From Mustelus asterias (lineage: Eukaryota), in contig NC_135830.1 in NCBI RefSeq assembly GCF_964213995.1, positions 9,734,001 through 9,798,000 on the forward strand: a stretch of 64,000 nt of DNA. The letters are read 5' to 3'. The position numbers were made by a program, and so were the translations under genes. Below, one piece after another: positions 1 to 11,450 of this stretch (the stretch's first letter is position 1; each line of letters opens with the position of its first letter). The notes beneath the pieces are model-generated. The model worked only from the letters and a program-made list of their open reading frames with translations, was not told the DNA's origin and did no database searches.

Positions 1-1182
1 AAACATTTCAAGATAAAAGTCCACCACCAGAGGAAATAAGACCTCAAATAGTGAATGACAATTGACACTGAGTAGCTGCTATTGCTGAGACAGAACAAGA
101 AATAACAACAACAGGAGTTCAGAGAAATGGACAAATTATTTTAAAAAAAATATTTAAACCCCCCCCAATGATTGGAATGAGTAGTTTGTGAGTGATGAGG
201 AAGATTCAAAATGTTAGAAAACAAAATGAAAGTCCAGAATGAAGAAGCTTCGACATCGCTGGAAAGAAATTAAATAAAACTCAATCTGAATTAGATCAGG
301 AGAAACTCCAGGATTATGAAATGTTCAAAGAACAAACAGGAGCAGCAAACCATTTTGCTTAAACATCAGAAGTATTTGAATGACATTCTGGAAATGGTGA
401 AGAAAATTTGGACCAATGACCTACAGCAGATTAGCGTGTGGAATGAGAACAAAAGTCTGACCATTTATAGACAGGGGCTGGTAAATGAAAGTTTTACCTT
501 GGAGAATAACTGGAGCTGAGGAGAATTCTCCCAAGGGACAGTGGTATGTTTATTGTGGTCTAGACAGAAATAAATAACTTCCAGATTGTGCCTTGTGAGA
601 GAATCTGGGCATGTAAAAAGTAAACCTGAACACATCACACACAGTTATAAATAATAGTGTTAAATTAAAAGAATTAAAACAAAATAGTATTATGTACAAT
701 AAAGTTCATTTTGGTAAAAAGAATTGTGTAGCTTTGTTGGTTTAAAGAAGGTATTCAGCTTTCTTTAATGAGGAAGTGACAATGCCAAGGCCGGACCTTG
801 TTTCCTCCTTGGTCGAAATGTAACCCCTGTCCACATCTCCACTTCATTCTTCCACTGGTCTTATGGTTCAGACTCCGAGAACATCGGTGGGAAATCAGAC
901 CCTGACAATTCCCACTCACTTTCAGCCATCCTCACAAAAGCTGCTGGGATTGTAATCTTCTGCCTGAAATTTTATTTTTCTTGAGTTTCCAACATTCAGC
1001 AAGAATTCTGTGACCATCTATTATTCCTGACAGTCTTATGGTGAAGGAAGAAACTGGAGCCAATCTTTACTTGGAATAGATTTATTCAGAGTGAAACATG
1101 ACAGGTGTATACCTCCTAAAGTAACTCGTTGTTAGTCTCCCTTTCTATGTAGTCGCTCAATTGATGCGATTAACAGCCACAG

Positions 1183-2268
1183 TCAGAGCATCGAATCACT
1201 GTAACTGCCTTGGTGTCTCAGCAGTTTGGATGAACAAGTGAATCCCTGCCCACACACAGCAGGTGAATGAATCTCTGCGTTATGAAATCGTTGGTGTCTC
1301 AGTAAATTGGATAAATCATTGAATCCTTTCTCACACACGGAGCAGGTGAACGATCTCTCCCCATTGTGAACTCGCTGGTGTGTCTGCAGGTGGGATGACT
1401 GAGTGAATCCTTTCCCACACTGAGAGCAGGTGAATGGCTTCTCCCCAGTGTGAACTCGTTGGTGTCTCTGCAGGTTGGATGAATCACTGAACCCCTTCCC
1501 ACAGTCAGAACAGGTGAATGGCTTCTCCCCGGTGTGAACTCTCTGATGTCTCAGCAGATCGTATGACATTCTAAAGCTCTTTGTGCAGTGAGAGCAGCTG
1601 AACGGTCTCTCCTCAGTGTCCAGCAGCACAGATTGTATGAAGCAACTCCCACAGTCAGAGCATTTAAAATGTGTCTCATTGGTGTGGGTGCCTCGTTGTC
1701 CCAGCAGACTGTCAGACTGACTGAATCCCTTCCCACGCACGGAGCAGGTGAATGGCGTCTCCCTGGTGTGAATGCGTCGATGTCTCACCAGATTTGATGA
1801 CTGAGTGAATCCCCTCCCACAGTCAGAGCAGCTGAACGGCCTCTCCCCGGTGTGAATGCGCTGGTGTGTCAGCAGGAGGGATGAGTGAGCGAATCCCTTC
1901 CCACAGTCAGAACAGGTGAACAGCCCCTCACCGGTGTGAAAGCTCTCGTGATTCCTCAAAGCAGATGCCCGTGTGAATCCTTTCCCACACTGAGAGCAGG
2001 TGAATGGTCTCTCCCCAGTGTGAACTCGCTGGTGTATCAGCAGGTTGGATGAATCACTGAAGCCTTTCCCACATTCAGAGCAGGTGAACGGCCTCTCCCC
2101 GGTGTGAACTCTCTGGTGTCTGTGCAGGGTGGATGAATCAATGAATCCTTTCCCACACATCGAGCAGGTGAATGGCCTTTCTCCGCTGTGACTGCGTTGA
2201 TGAGTTTCCAGTTCACAGGGAGCACGGAATCCTTTCCCACAAACCTCACATTTCCAGGGTTTCTCCAT
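1183..2268 (-). CDS. Tandem C2H2 zinc-finger protein (~10 intact + 3 degenerate fingers), no effector domain seen
   Basis: ORF 1183..2331 with repeated CxxCGKGF..H...HTGE(R/K)PF; likely start MEKPWKC at 2268 in ACCATGG Kozak context; splice acceptor at ~2543. Confidence 0.88.
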   Translation of the reverse strand: MEKPWKCEVCGKGFRAPCELETHQRSHSGERPFTCSMCGKGFIDSSTLHRHQRVHTGERPFTCSECGKGFSDSSNLLIHQRVHTGERPFTCSQCGKGFTRASALRNHESFHTGEGLFTCSDCGKGFAHSSLLLTHQRIHTGERPFSCSDCGRGFTQSSNLVRHRRIHTRETPFTCSVRGKGFSQSDSLLGQRGTHTNETHFKCSDCGSCFIQSVLLDTEERPFSCSHCTKSFRMSYDLLRHQRVHTGEKPFTCSDCGKGFSDSSNLQRHQRVHTGEKPFTCSQCGKGFTQSSHLQTHQRVHNGERSFTCSVCEKGFNDLSNLLRHQRFHNAEIHSPAVCGQGFTCSSKLLRHQGSYSDSML

Positions 2269-2904
2269 GGTGCTGGTGTCCTTGTTGTTTCTCCTGGTTT
2301 GATGATCAGTTGAAGCCTCGTCCACACACACAGAACACGTGTACAGCTTCTCTCCACTCTGAACGGTATGATGTTTTTACATGTGATGCAACTCAGTGCT
2401 TTTCCAGTCACACTGACGATTGACATCTTTTCCACAGACAAACATTTCTACTTCCACATTCAAAGGTTGAAGAATAATCGAGTGACTCAAGTCAAGATGT
2501 TTGTCCTGAGTTTTGCATCTGCAAACTTTTCCCTTGTAATACCTGTAAAGAGAGTTTACAAAATTAAGCAGTCAGTCCGGGATAGAAATTCTGAACAGAC
2601 AATTCTAGTTTCTAAGGAATATTCTTTCCTCCCTCAATCCTCAAAATCTGCTAATCTCCACACCACACAGCCTCCCTCTATCCCCACTCTGCTGTACGTA
2701 ATTCTACACCTTTGCAATTCTGCTGATGGACAGATCTCTGTTAACGGCTTCCTGTCTTGGACTCAGAGATAGTAAGAAATAGGAACAGAAGCAGGCCATT
2801 CACCCCATCAAGCCTACTCTGTCACTCAATATGATTAAGGTGAAAGGTGTCCCCCCCCCACCCCTTGTCTTGCCTTTTCACAACACCAGCGGCCACAATC
2901 AAAG

Positions 2905-3225
2905 GATAGATTCCCTGCAGTCAGAAGAAGGCCATTTGGCCGATCGAGCCTGCACCAACAACAATCCCACTCAGGTCCTATCCCCGAAACCCCACATATT
3001 TACCCTGCTAATCCCTCTAACATACACATCCCGGGACACTAAGGGGCATTTTGACATGGCTAATCCAACTAATCTGCACATCTTTGGACCATGGGAGGAA
3101 ACCAGAGCACCTGGAGGAAACCCACACAGACAAGGGGAGAATGTGCAAACTCTGCACAGCCAGTGACCAAGCTGGGAATTGAACACAGGTCCCTGGAGCT
3201 GTGAGGCAGTCGTGCTAACCATGTG
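2905..3225 (-). mobile_element. HE1-like tRNA-derived SINE
   Basis: Minus strand reads TGGTTAGCAC..GCCTCACAGC..GTTCAATTCC (A/B box) and GGGTTTCCTCC..GGTTTCCTCCCA core with CR1-like tail. Confidence 0.8.
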
Positions 3226-3239
3226 ATCATTTCTGCCAA

Positions 3240-3485
3240 TTCTAGCATGCTACCACCATGAAACACATCCGCTCACCACCCCAATCAGCATTCTGCAGAG
3301 ACCGTTTCCTCCATGATACCCGGTCCACTCCTCCATCACCCTCAACCCCTCATCCCACTTTACATGCCCACGCATTCGCAAAAGGTGCAATAGTACATCC
3401 CCCTTGTCCAACACTCCTAACACTCCCTTCAGGTGAAGCAGCATTTCATTTGTATCTCCTTCAATTTAATCCACTGCATTACTTA
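3240..3485 (+). mobile_element. Penelope-like element fragment (region up to the GIY motif of the GIY-YIG endonuclease)
   Basis: Translations HIRSPPQSAFCRDRFLHDT and QVKQHFICISFNLIHCI resemble the PLE linker/GIY region; continues at 4787 after a CR1 insertion. Confidence 0.65.
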
Positions 3486-4786
3486 TTAGGACTTATTAGG
3501 GAGAGTCAACATGGCTTTGTGCGTGGTAGGTCATGTTTGACCAATCTATTAGAGTTTTTCGAGGAGGTTACCAGGAAGGTGGATGAAGGGAAGGCGGTGG
3601 ATGTTGTCTACCTGGATTTCAGCAAGGCCTTTGACAAGGTCCCTCATGGGAGGTTAGTTAGGAAGGTTCAGTCGCTAGGTATACATGGGGAGGTAGTAAA
3701 TTGGATAAGACACTGGCTCAATGGAAGAAGCCAGAGAGTGGTTGTGGAGGATTGCTTCTCTGAGTGGAGGCCTGTGACTAGTGGTGTGCCGCAGGGATCG
3801 GTGTTGGGTCCATTGTTGTTTGTCATCTATATCAATGATCTGGATGATAATGTGGTAAATTGGATCAGCAAGTTTGCTGATGATACAAAGATTGGAGGTG
3901 TAGTGGACAGTGAGGAAGGTTTTCAAAGCTTGCAGAGGGATTTGGACCAACTAGAAAAATGGGCTGAAAAATGGCAAATGGAATTTAACGCAGACAAGTG
4001 TGAGATATTGCACTTTGGAAGGACAAACCAAAGAAGAAAGTACAGGGTAAATGGTAGGACTCTGAAGAGTGCAGTTGGACAGAGGGATCTGGGAATACAG
4101 GTACAGAATTCCCTAAAAGTGACGTCACAGGTGGATAGGGTCGTAAAGAGTGCCTTTGGTACATTGGCCTTTATAAATCGGAGTATCGAGTATAAAAGTT
4201 GGAGTGTTATGGTAAGTTTATATAAGGCATTGGTGAGGCAGAATTTAGAGTATTGTGTGCAGTTTTGGTCACCTAGTTACAGGAAGGATGTAAATAAGAT
4301 TGAAAGAGTGCAGAGAAGGTTCACAAGGATGTTGTCGGGACTTGAGAAGCTGAGTTACAGAGAGAGATTGAATAGGTTGGGACTTTATTCCCTGGAGCGT
4401 AGAAGATTGAGGGGAGATTTGGTAGAGGTGTATAAGATTTTGATGGGTATAGATAGAGTGAATGCAAGCAGGCTTTTTCCGCTGAGGCTAGGGGAGAAAA
4501 AAACCAGAGGGCATGGGTTAAGGTGAAAGGAGAAAAGTTTAAAGGGAATATTAGGGGGGGCTTCTTCACGCAGAGAGTGGTGGGAGTGTGGAATGAGCTG
4601 CCGGATAAAGTGGTAAATGCGGGGTCACTTTTAACATTTAAGAAAAACTTGGACGGGTTGATGGATGAGAGGGGTGTGGAGGGATATGGTCCAAGTGCAG
4701 GTCAGTGGGACTAGGCATAAAATGGTTCGGCACAGACAAGAAGGGCCAAAAGGCCTGTTTCTGAGCTGTATTTTTCTATGGTTCTA
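3486..4786 (+). mobile_element. 5'-truncated CR1 LINE (RT domain + 3' UTR)
   Basis: SQHGFVRGRSCLTNL, YLDFSKAFDKVPH, GVPQGSVLGP, FADD motifs; ends in TTCTATGGTTCTAT tail. Confidence 0.93.
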
Positions 4787-5062
4787 TTACAATACCGTCT
4801 CCTCTATGCTGGGGAGATTAAACACAGACTGAGTTACTGCTTTGCAGAACACCTTTGCTCAGTCCACAAGCATGACATTCGCTTTCCAGTCACTTGCCAT
4901 TTCAACTCAGCATCTTGCTCTCATGCCCACATCTCTGTCCTTGGCCTGTTGCAATGTCCCAGTGTCGCCCAATGCAATCTGGAGGAACAACACCCCATCT
5001 TCCGATTGGGCACATTACAGCCTTTTGGACTCAACATTAAGTTCAGCATCTTTAGACTGTGA
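4787..5062 (+). mobile_element. Penelope-like element GIY-YIG endonuclease C-terminal fragment
   Basis: ORF 4778..5062 LLYAGEIKHRL..FAEHL..PVTCHFNS..LEEQHPIFRLGTLQPFGLN matches the PLE GIY-YIG pattern (YIG, R..EH, E, GLN). Confidence 0.8.
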
Positions 5063-5149
5063 ATATTCCCCTGCATGCAATAAACACAACTGAGGCCCAC
5101 GCCCTGTGAAATAATAAATAAATAACAAATTCCTGCAATTGGAGATAAA

Positions 5150-6063
5150 CATGATACAAAGATAGGTGGAGGGGCAGGTAGTATTGAGGAGGTGGGGAGG
5201 CTGCAGAAAGATTTAGACAGTTTAGGAGAGTGGTCCAAGAAGTGGCTGATGAAATTCAACGTGGGCAAGTGCGAGGTCGTACACTTTGGAAAAAAGAATA
5301 GAGGCATGGACTATTTTCTAAACGGTGACAAAATTCATAATGCTAAAGTGCAAAGGGACTTGGGAGTCCTAGTCCAGGATTCTCTAAAGGTAAACTTGCA
5401 GGTTGAGTCCGTAATTAAGAAAGCAAATGTAATGTTGTCATTTATCTCAAGAGGCTTGGAATACAAAAGCAGGGATGTACTTCTGAGGCTTTATAAAGCA
5501 CTGGTTAGGCCCCATTTGGAGTACTGTGAGCAATTTTGGGCCCCACACCTCAGGAAGGACATACTGGCACTGGAGCGGGTCCAGCGGAGATTCACACGGA
5601 TGATCCCAGGAATGGTAGGCCTGACATACGATGAACGTCTGAGGATCGTGGGATTATATTCATTGGAGTTTAGGAGGTTGAGGGGAGATCTGATAGAAAC
5701 TTACAAGATAATGAACGGCTTAGATAGGATGGACGTAGGGAAGTTGTTTCCATTAACAGGGGAGACTAGGACGCGGGGGCACAGCCTTAGAATAAAAGGG
5801 AGTCACTTTAGAACAGAGATGAGGAGAAATTTCTTCAGCCAGAGAGTGGTGGGTCTGTGGAATTCATTGCCACAGAGGGCTGTGGAGGCCGAGACGTTGA
5901 GCGTCTTCAAGACAGAAATTGATAAATTCTTGATTTCTCGAGGAATTAAGGGCTATGGGGAGAGAGCGGGTAAATGGAGTTGAAATCAACCATGATTGAA
6001 TGGTGGAGTGGACTCGATGGGCCGAATGGCCTTACTTCCGCTCCTATGTCTTATGGTCTTATG
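5150..6063 (+). mobile_element. 5'-truncated CR1-type LINE 3' end
   Basis: ORF 5192..5983 is CR1 RT C-terminus (RPHLEYCEQFW, RNFFSQRVVGLWNSLP); tail TCTTATGGTCTTATG. Confidence 0.9.
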
Positions 6064-6064
6064 T

Positions 6065-6560
6065 CCCTGGGAGGGGGCGGGGCTGACCTGGAATTCCAGG
6101 CTCACGCTGCGCATGCGCACTACTTCTCATTGCCCATAATAAAGATGGCGGCCGCGCATGCGCTATGTTGTATCCCCTCCGTTTCAAGATGGCGGCCGTT
6201 ACCCTTGAACCGCGAACGCGGCCCGCTGCCTGCAAACGCGGGACCGGGAGCTTTCTATTCGGGATTCGGAGCCTCTATCATATACTTCTGAAGCTTCCAA
6301 CCCACACACCGGCTCTATCGCACCCCGCTTACCCGGCGATTTCTAAATTTGAGTTGCTCCGAATTGCAACGCAACAACCACTTCCTGTATCCGGACTGCG
6401 CATGCTCCACATCACAATGCCCAGGCAGTGATTGATGGCAGCTCCGGCCCAATAGGAAGAGGGGGCGGGGCTGGAGGACCGAGCGGGAGCGGCTGGTCCT
6501 CCAACCAATCGGAGTGAACGAGGGGCGGGGCTGAGCCCGGATCTCCCTCATTGGCTGAAA
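6065..6560 (-). promoter_or_regulatory. CpG-rich promoter/first exon, probably of the ZNF at 1183-2268
   Basis: NRF1 TGCGCATGCGCA (~6108), two YY1 AAGATGGCGG (~6142, ~6186), GC boxes GGGGCGGGGC, CCAAT boxes; candidate donor GTAAG at ~6332. Confidence 0.7.
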
Positions 6561-6849
6561 CTCTGCATCATTGTGAAAGTTACCGGCATCTCCACATCAT
6601 GTCCCCCTTCTCCAATCAGCTTGGCTCATGTAGATCAGGCCCAGGACAGGGTGGTTTGGTCGCTCGCCCTGTCCTGTCAGCCTGGATCTGAAGTGTCTCA
6701 ACTTGTTGAGACTCTGAATTGGATTTGATTTGATTGAATTGGAAAAGTATAAAAAAAAAGTCCAGGAGAAAACTGGACCTTTCTGTTTGTGGTTTCAAAC
6801 AGATGGAGCCCTGTGGGTGTAGGGACAAACACATCAACATTTGTCACTG

Positions 6850-6941
6850 AAACAAAAACAGAAAATGCTGGAAAATCTCAGGTGGTCTGTGGAGAGAGAA
6901 TAGAGCCAACGTTTCGAGTCTGGATGACCCTTTGTCAGAGC
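6850..6941 (-). mobile_element. Penelope-like terminal repeat (family 2) with degenerate minimal hammerhead
   Basis: Minus strand GCT CTGACAA A GGGTC-ATCCA-GACTC GAA ACGT T GGC at 6905-6941; same repeat at ~32.2, 53.2 and 56.6 kb. Confidence 0.65.
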
Positions 6942-7024
6942 GAAGAACAAAACATTTTGTTACTGAAATGTGGGAACATGAGGGAAAAAAACACAACTAA
7001 TTCAAGGGCTGATTTAAAGTAACA

Positions 7025-7222
7025 ACGTACCTTTAAGACTTGATTACCTGTAAAGCCTCGCATTCCAACCATCATTTTGTAAATTGAGTTTGTGTCTTTA
7101 TATGCCCTGTTTGTGAACACAACTCCCACTCACCTGACGAAGGAGCAGACCTCCGAAAGCTTGTGTGGCTTTTGCTACCAAATAAACCTGTTGGACTTTA
7201 ACCTGGTGTTGTGAGACTTCCT
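7025..7222 (+). mobile_element. Penelope-like terminal repeat (family 1)
   Basis: Near-identical to 41230-41425 and to the repeat following the GIY-YIG fragment at 57.7 kb. Confidence 0.75.
7131..7165 (+). ncRNA. Minimal type I hammerhead ribozyme motif
   Basis: CAC CTGACGA A GGAG-CAGAC-CTCC GAA AGCT T GTG: conserved core, stem II, palindromic stem III, stem I CAC/GTG. Confidence 0.7.
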
Positions 7223-7302
7223 AAAGTAACAGCAGACAGGGAATCTCATCATTAGAACAAGGACTGATTTCAGCAATTGAACTGCAAGAAGGGTTAAGAA
7301 AA

Positions 7303-7600
7303 GTTAAAGTTTATTTATTAGTCACAAGTAAGGCTTACATTAACACTGCAATGAAGTTACTGTGAAATTCCCCTAATCGCCACACTCTGGTGCCTGTTTG
7401 GGTACACTGAGGGAGAATTTAGCATTGCCAATGCACCAAACCAGCATGTCTTTCAGACTGTGGGAGGAAACTGGAGCACTCGGAGGAAACCCACAAAGAA
7501 CGTGCAAACTCCATAGAGACAGTGACCCAAGCTGGGGATTGAACCTGGGTTCCTGGTGCTGTGAAGTAGCATCGCTAACCGCTGTGCCACCATGCCGCCC
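7303..7600 (-). mobile_element. HE1-like SINE with alternative 3' tail
   Basis: tRNA-like head GGGCGGCATGGTGGCACAG; tail ..GTAAGCCTTACTTGTGACTAATAAATAAACT shared with the 30.1 and 35.9 kb copies. Confidence 0.8.
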
Positions 7601-8774
7601 ATAAAGACAGGTTAGACAGAAGGTTAATACTGTCATCGTTCAGAACAACAGACTATAAAGGAACAAGTGAGCTTAAAGCCAATCTTTCTCATTCTGTGTG
7701 GAGGGGGTGTGCTGAACCAGTTTTAATGGGGTTTTATATTTGTTTATACAATGTGGGCATTGCTGGCTCGACCAGCATCGATTATCCAATCCAAATTATT
7801 CTTGAGAAGGTGGTTGAGGCTGCCTTCTTGAACTGCAGAGTTGAAGTTACCGTCAGATCAGCCGTGATCTAATTAAATGGGCCATGGGCTGAATGATCTA
7901 CTCCTGCTCCTATGTTTATAAGTTTGCTGTTAGTCCATGTAGTGTAGGTACATCCAAAGTGCTGTGAGGAAGGGATTTCCAGGATTTTTGATCAGCAACA
8001 GTGAAAGGACAGCAACATGATTCCAAGTCAGGATCGTTTAAGTCTTGGGTGCCATTGTTTTTCGGTGAAGGGTCTGTTCCTCTGCTGTACTGTTCTTTGT
8101 TCTTTAGATAACTTGCAGTTGTCCATGTTACCAATTATCTGCTGCCCTTGTTCTCTAGGTGGGACAGTTTGTAGGATTGGAAGGTAAAGGTCGCAGTGTT
8201 GGAAGGTGCTGTTGAAAGTTAAATTATATTAGTTTCCTCATATTAAAAAATGGAACTCAGGTGAGGATATGGTGGGGAGATCGAGATCAGAGAGGCAGTA
8301 TTTCAGAATTTATCACTGTGATAGCAGCAATCCCATTGCTATCTGTTGGCAAGACTGATGGAAATATTTAAAGTGAAGACCATTGGAGGATGAGGTACAA
8401 TGGAATTTGTGAACTATCTGAGGATAATGGCGAGGGGAAAGGAAGGGATCAGGAAAGCAGCAGACACGTTGTTCCAGGAGAAGTGGGGTCTGGTTGTGTA
8501 TATGTCAGGTTTTACACAGCACACAGTGGTTTCACTCTGGATGGAGAATCTCTGAATCACTCAAATCACTCAATTGGAAACTCAGAGACCTATCATTGTC
8601 TGCTTGGATGAAGGTTTGTGTTGCAACTGATGAGAAGCAGCCTCACTCAGACACCCACACACAGAGACACATACTCTCTCTCTCACACACGCGCACACAC
8701 ACACATATACACACATCCTCATGCACAGAAACTAACACATGCAGCCATCCTCCCACCCACCCACCCACCCACCC

Positions 8775-9010
8775 ACACGCTGTACCAACTGAATTAAGAA
8801 CTGCTTCTTCCCTGCTATCAGACTTTTGAATGGACCAACATTGATCTTATTCTACACCCTAGCTATGACTGTAACACTATATTCTGCACCCTCTTCTTCT
8901 CCCCGATGTACTTTATGGATGGTATGTTTTGTCTGTATAGCGCACAAGAAACAATAATATTCACTGTATCCCAATACATGTGACAATCGTAAATCAAATC
9001 AAATCAAATC
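8775..9010 (+). mobile_element. Rex1-like LINE 3' UTR fragment
   Basis: Same tail ending (AAATC)n as at 33.5, 43.1 and 46.1 kb, the 43.1 kb copy being adjacent to Rex1 RT. Confidence 0.6.
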
Positions 9011-9281
9011 CTCTCACATGAAACAGGGCCTGTGCCATTGGGTGGACAACACCAGCTAACCTGACTAAAAGTGAGGATAAAGTATTGTTGTCTGTAAGGG
9101 CTAAAGAAATACACTTGGCTCCCTTGGAGATCTGTGCCATGAAGTTCAAGACTCCTTCATGAATCATCCTCTTGACCTCTCGCCTGTCAACCCCCCATGA
9201 GAATCTTATACGTTTCAGAAAGTTCACCGCTTATTCTTCTAAACTTAATGAGTATAGGTGCAACCCTTCCCCAAAAGACAA

Positions 9282-9410
9282 CGAGTTGGATTCTCCGGCC
9301 ACGCTGGCCCCAAAACCGGAGAATCCCCCCCGAGGTCAAAGGACCTTTGTGTGGTCCACCCCCCGGCCTGCTACGATTCCTGTGGTGGGCGGGATGGGAG
9401 AATTCTCCCC
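9282..9410. mobile_element. Putative MITE inserted in a degraded CR1/L2 fragment
   Basis: Imperfect inverted termini GGATTCTCC / GGAGAATTC; flanked by imperfect direct repeat CAACC(C/T)TTCC(C/T)CAAAAGACAAC (~9261 and ~9415). Confidence 0.45.
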
Positions 9411-10951
9411 TACACAACCTTTCCTCAAAAGACAACACCTTCATCTTAGGAATGGGCCTGGTGAACTTTCTCTGAACTTTCCAATGAAAGCATGTCATTC
9501 CATAAGTAGGGAGACCAGAACCGTACACAGTATTCCAGCTGCTATCTCAGCAATGTCCTGTGTAGGTGCAGCAAGTTCCCTTTTTCAAACTCCACCCCCT
9601 TGCAGTAAAGTCCAACACTCCATTTGCTGCCTTCTTTACTTGCTCTACCTTCATCCTATTTTTTCACGATTCATGTACAAGGTCACCCAGATTCCTCTCT
9701 ACGGCAGTATTCTTCAGTTTCTGTACATTTATAAATTGTTTGCTTCTCTATTCTTCCTGCCAAAGTGGAAAAGCTCCCACTTTCCCGCACTATACTCCAT
9801 CTGCCATTTTTCTGTCCATTCAGGTAACTTATCTGTGTCCCTTACAGATTTTTTGTAATAACCTCACAACTTGCTTTTTTACCTATCTTTGTATCATCAA
9901 TTCTGGCTTCATCCAAGTCATTGATCAAGGTGGCTGTTTTTCTCTCTCTCAGTTGTGGGTGATATTTGTCTCTATTCTCCTGGAAACTGAATGAATCTTG
10001 TTCCAAACTGGGTTCAATCTCAGACATTTCAGGGAGTCAGGAATCATTCACCCCTGAACCTACACTGGTAAAACCCCAGGCAGTTCCTCAGTAAGGATTT
10101 TTCTGGTTCCTCACCGTATATTAGTCAGGATACTGAAACCCAGCTTTTCTTACAGTCCACTCCTGGAGGTCCCACTCCCTGAGCCGACAAAATTCAGCAG
10201 TGTCAGTGCTGAAGTTTCACCGTGGAGTGATTCCCAGAGTAACTGTCAATCATATCACCATTGATGTCCAGGTTTGTGCAGTTTTAGTTATCCTGATGTC
10301 TAACACACACACATCAATAAAACAGGGAATTCCTGCAAACAAACTGCAGCTTCTTCTCTATCTGGAAATCCAATGTTTGTTGAATAATTGTCCCAGTGGT
10401 TAACAGGCTCCTGTGAACTCATCCAACTCGTATTTTAATACTGACTTTAACAAATATATTTTAAATAGGTTTATTTTAAATGAGTTAAAACCAGCCGTAA
10501 AATGGTATATATAGTATAACAACCATGGTACTTTTCAGACTGGAAACTTTAACCTGCTGTTTCACTTTCATTTAGGAGCAGATCCCAGTTTTACACCAAT
10601 CTCTGATTCATGTATCCAGCATTCACCGTCATTCTAAAAGCAGAAGTTGCTGCAAAATCTCAATAAGTCTGACAGAATCTGTAAAGACAGGAACAGTTAA
10701 TGTTTCCAGTTGAATGTGACTCTTCTTCAGTGTCAAAACATTAGCTCTGTTTCTCTCTCCAGAGATGCTGTCAGACCTGCTGAGTTTTTACAGCACTTCT
10801 TGTTTTTATTTACGAGTTCAGGACTCAGACAAGACAATCCACAATACAAATCTTACAACTGGGCCAGGGTTTATTAACATCAGCAGAAACAGACACCAAT
10901 GAAAATGGTTGGGACCTCGATGAGATTAACAGCAAAATTCAGTCCTTGCAG

Positions 10952-11356
10952 TCACTCGTGAACATGATGGTGTTTCAGCAGGTGAGGTGACTGAGTGAAT
11001 CCCTTCCCACACACGGAGCAGGTGAATGGCCTGTCCCCAGTGTGAATTCGCTGGTGCTTTATCAGGTTGGATGATTGACTGAATCCCTTGCCACAATCAG
11101 AGCAGGTGAATGGCCTGTCCCCAGTGTGAATTCGCTGGTGCTTTACCAGGTTGGATGAATCAATAAATCCCTTCCCACAACTGGAGCAAGTGAATGGCCT
11201 CTCTCCAGTGTGACTTGGCTGGTGTTTTAGCAGGTTGAATGACTGAGTAAATCCCTTCCCACACTCGGAGCAGATAAATGGCCTCTCCCTATTATGAATT
11301 CTCTGGTGTTTCAACAGGTCGGATGAATCAGTGAATCCCTTCCCACAATCAGAGCA
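10952..11356 (-). pseudogene. Remnant 3' end of a ZNF gene (~5 fingers) fused to the 3' UTR of the upstream ZNF
   Basis: Fingers start abruptly after 3'UTR-derived sequence (..VGQWGG|CSDCGKGF); no ATG leader of its own. Confidence 0.7.
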
Positions 11357-11450
11357 TCCTCCCCATTGACCAACTGTGAGAATGAACAAAATGCAGTCCT
11401 GGATGTAACTGAGAGCAGAAACAATAACAGCAGAATCCAACCCCCTGGAA

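Noticed and set aside
316-519. Short coiled-coil-like ORF at the window start
   Set aside because: No recognisable domain, and the surrounding frame has stops; may be a decayed TE but cannot be assigned
3258-4526. 422-aa ORF as a novel fused RT gene
   Set aside because: Chance in-frame junction of a decayed PLE fragment and a 5'-truncated CR1
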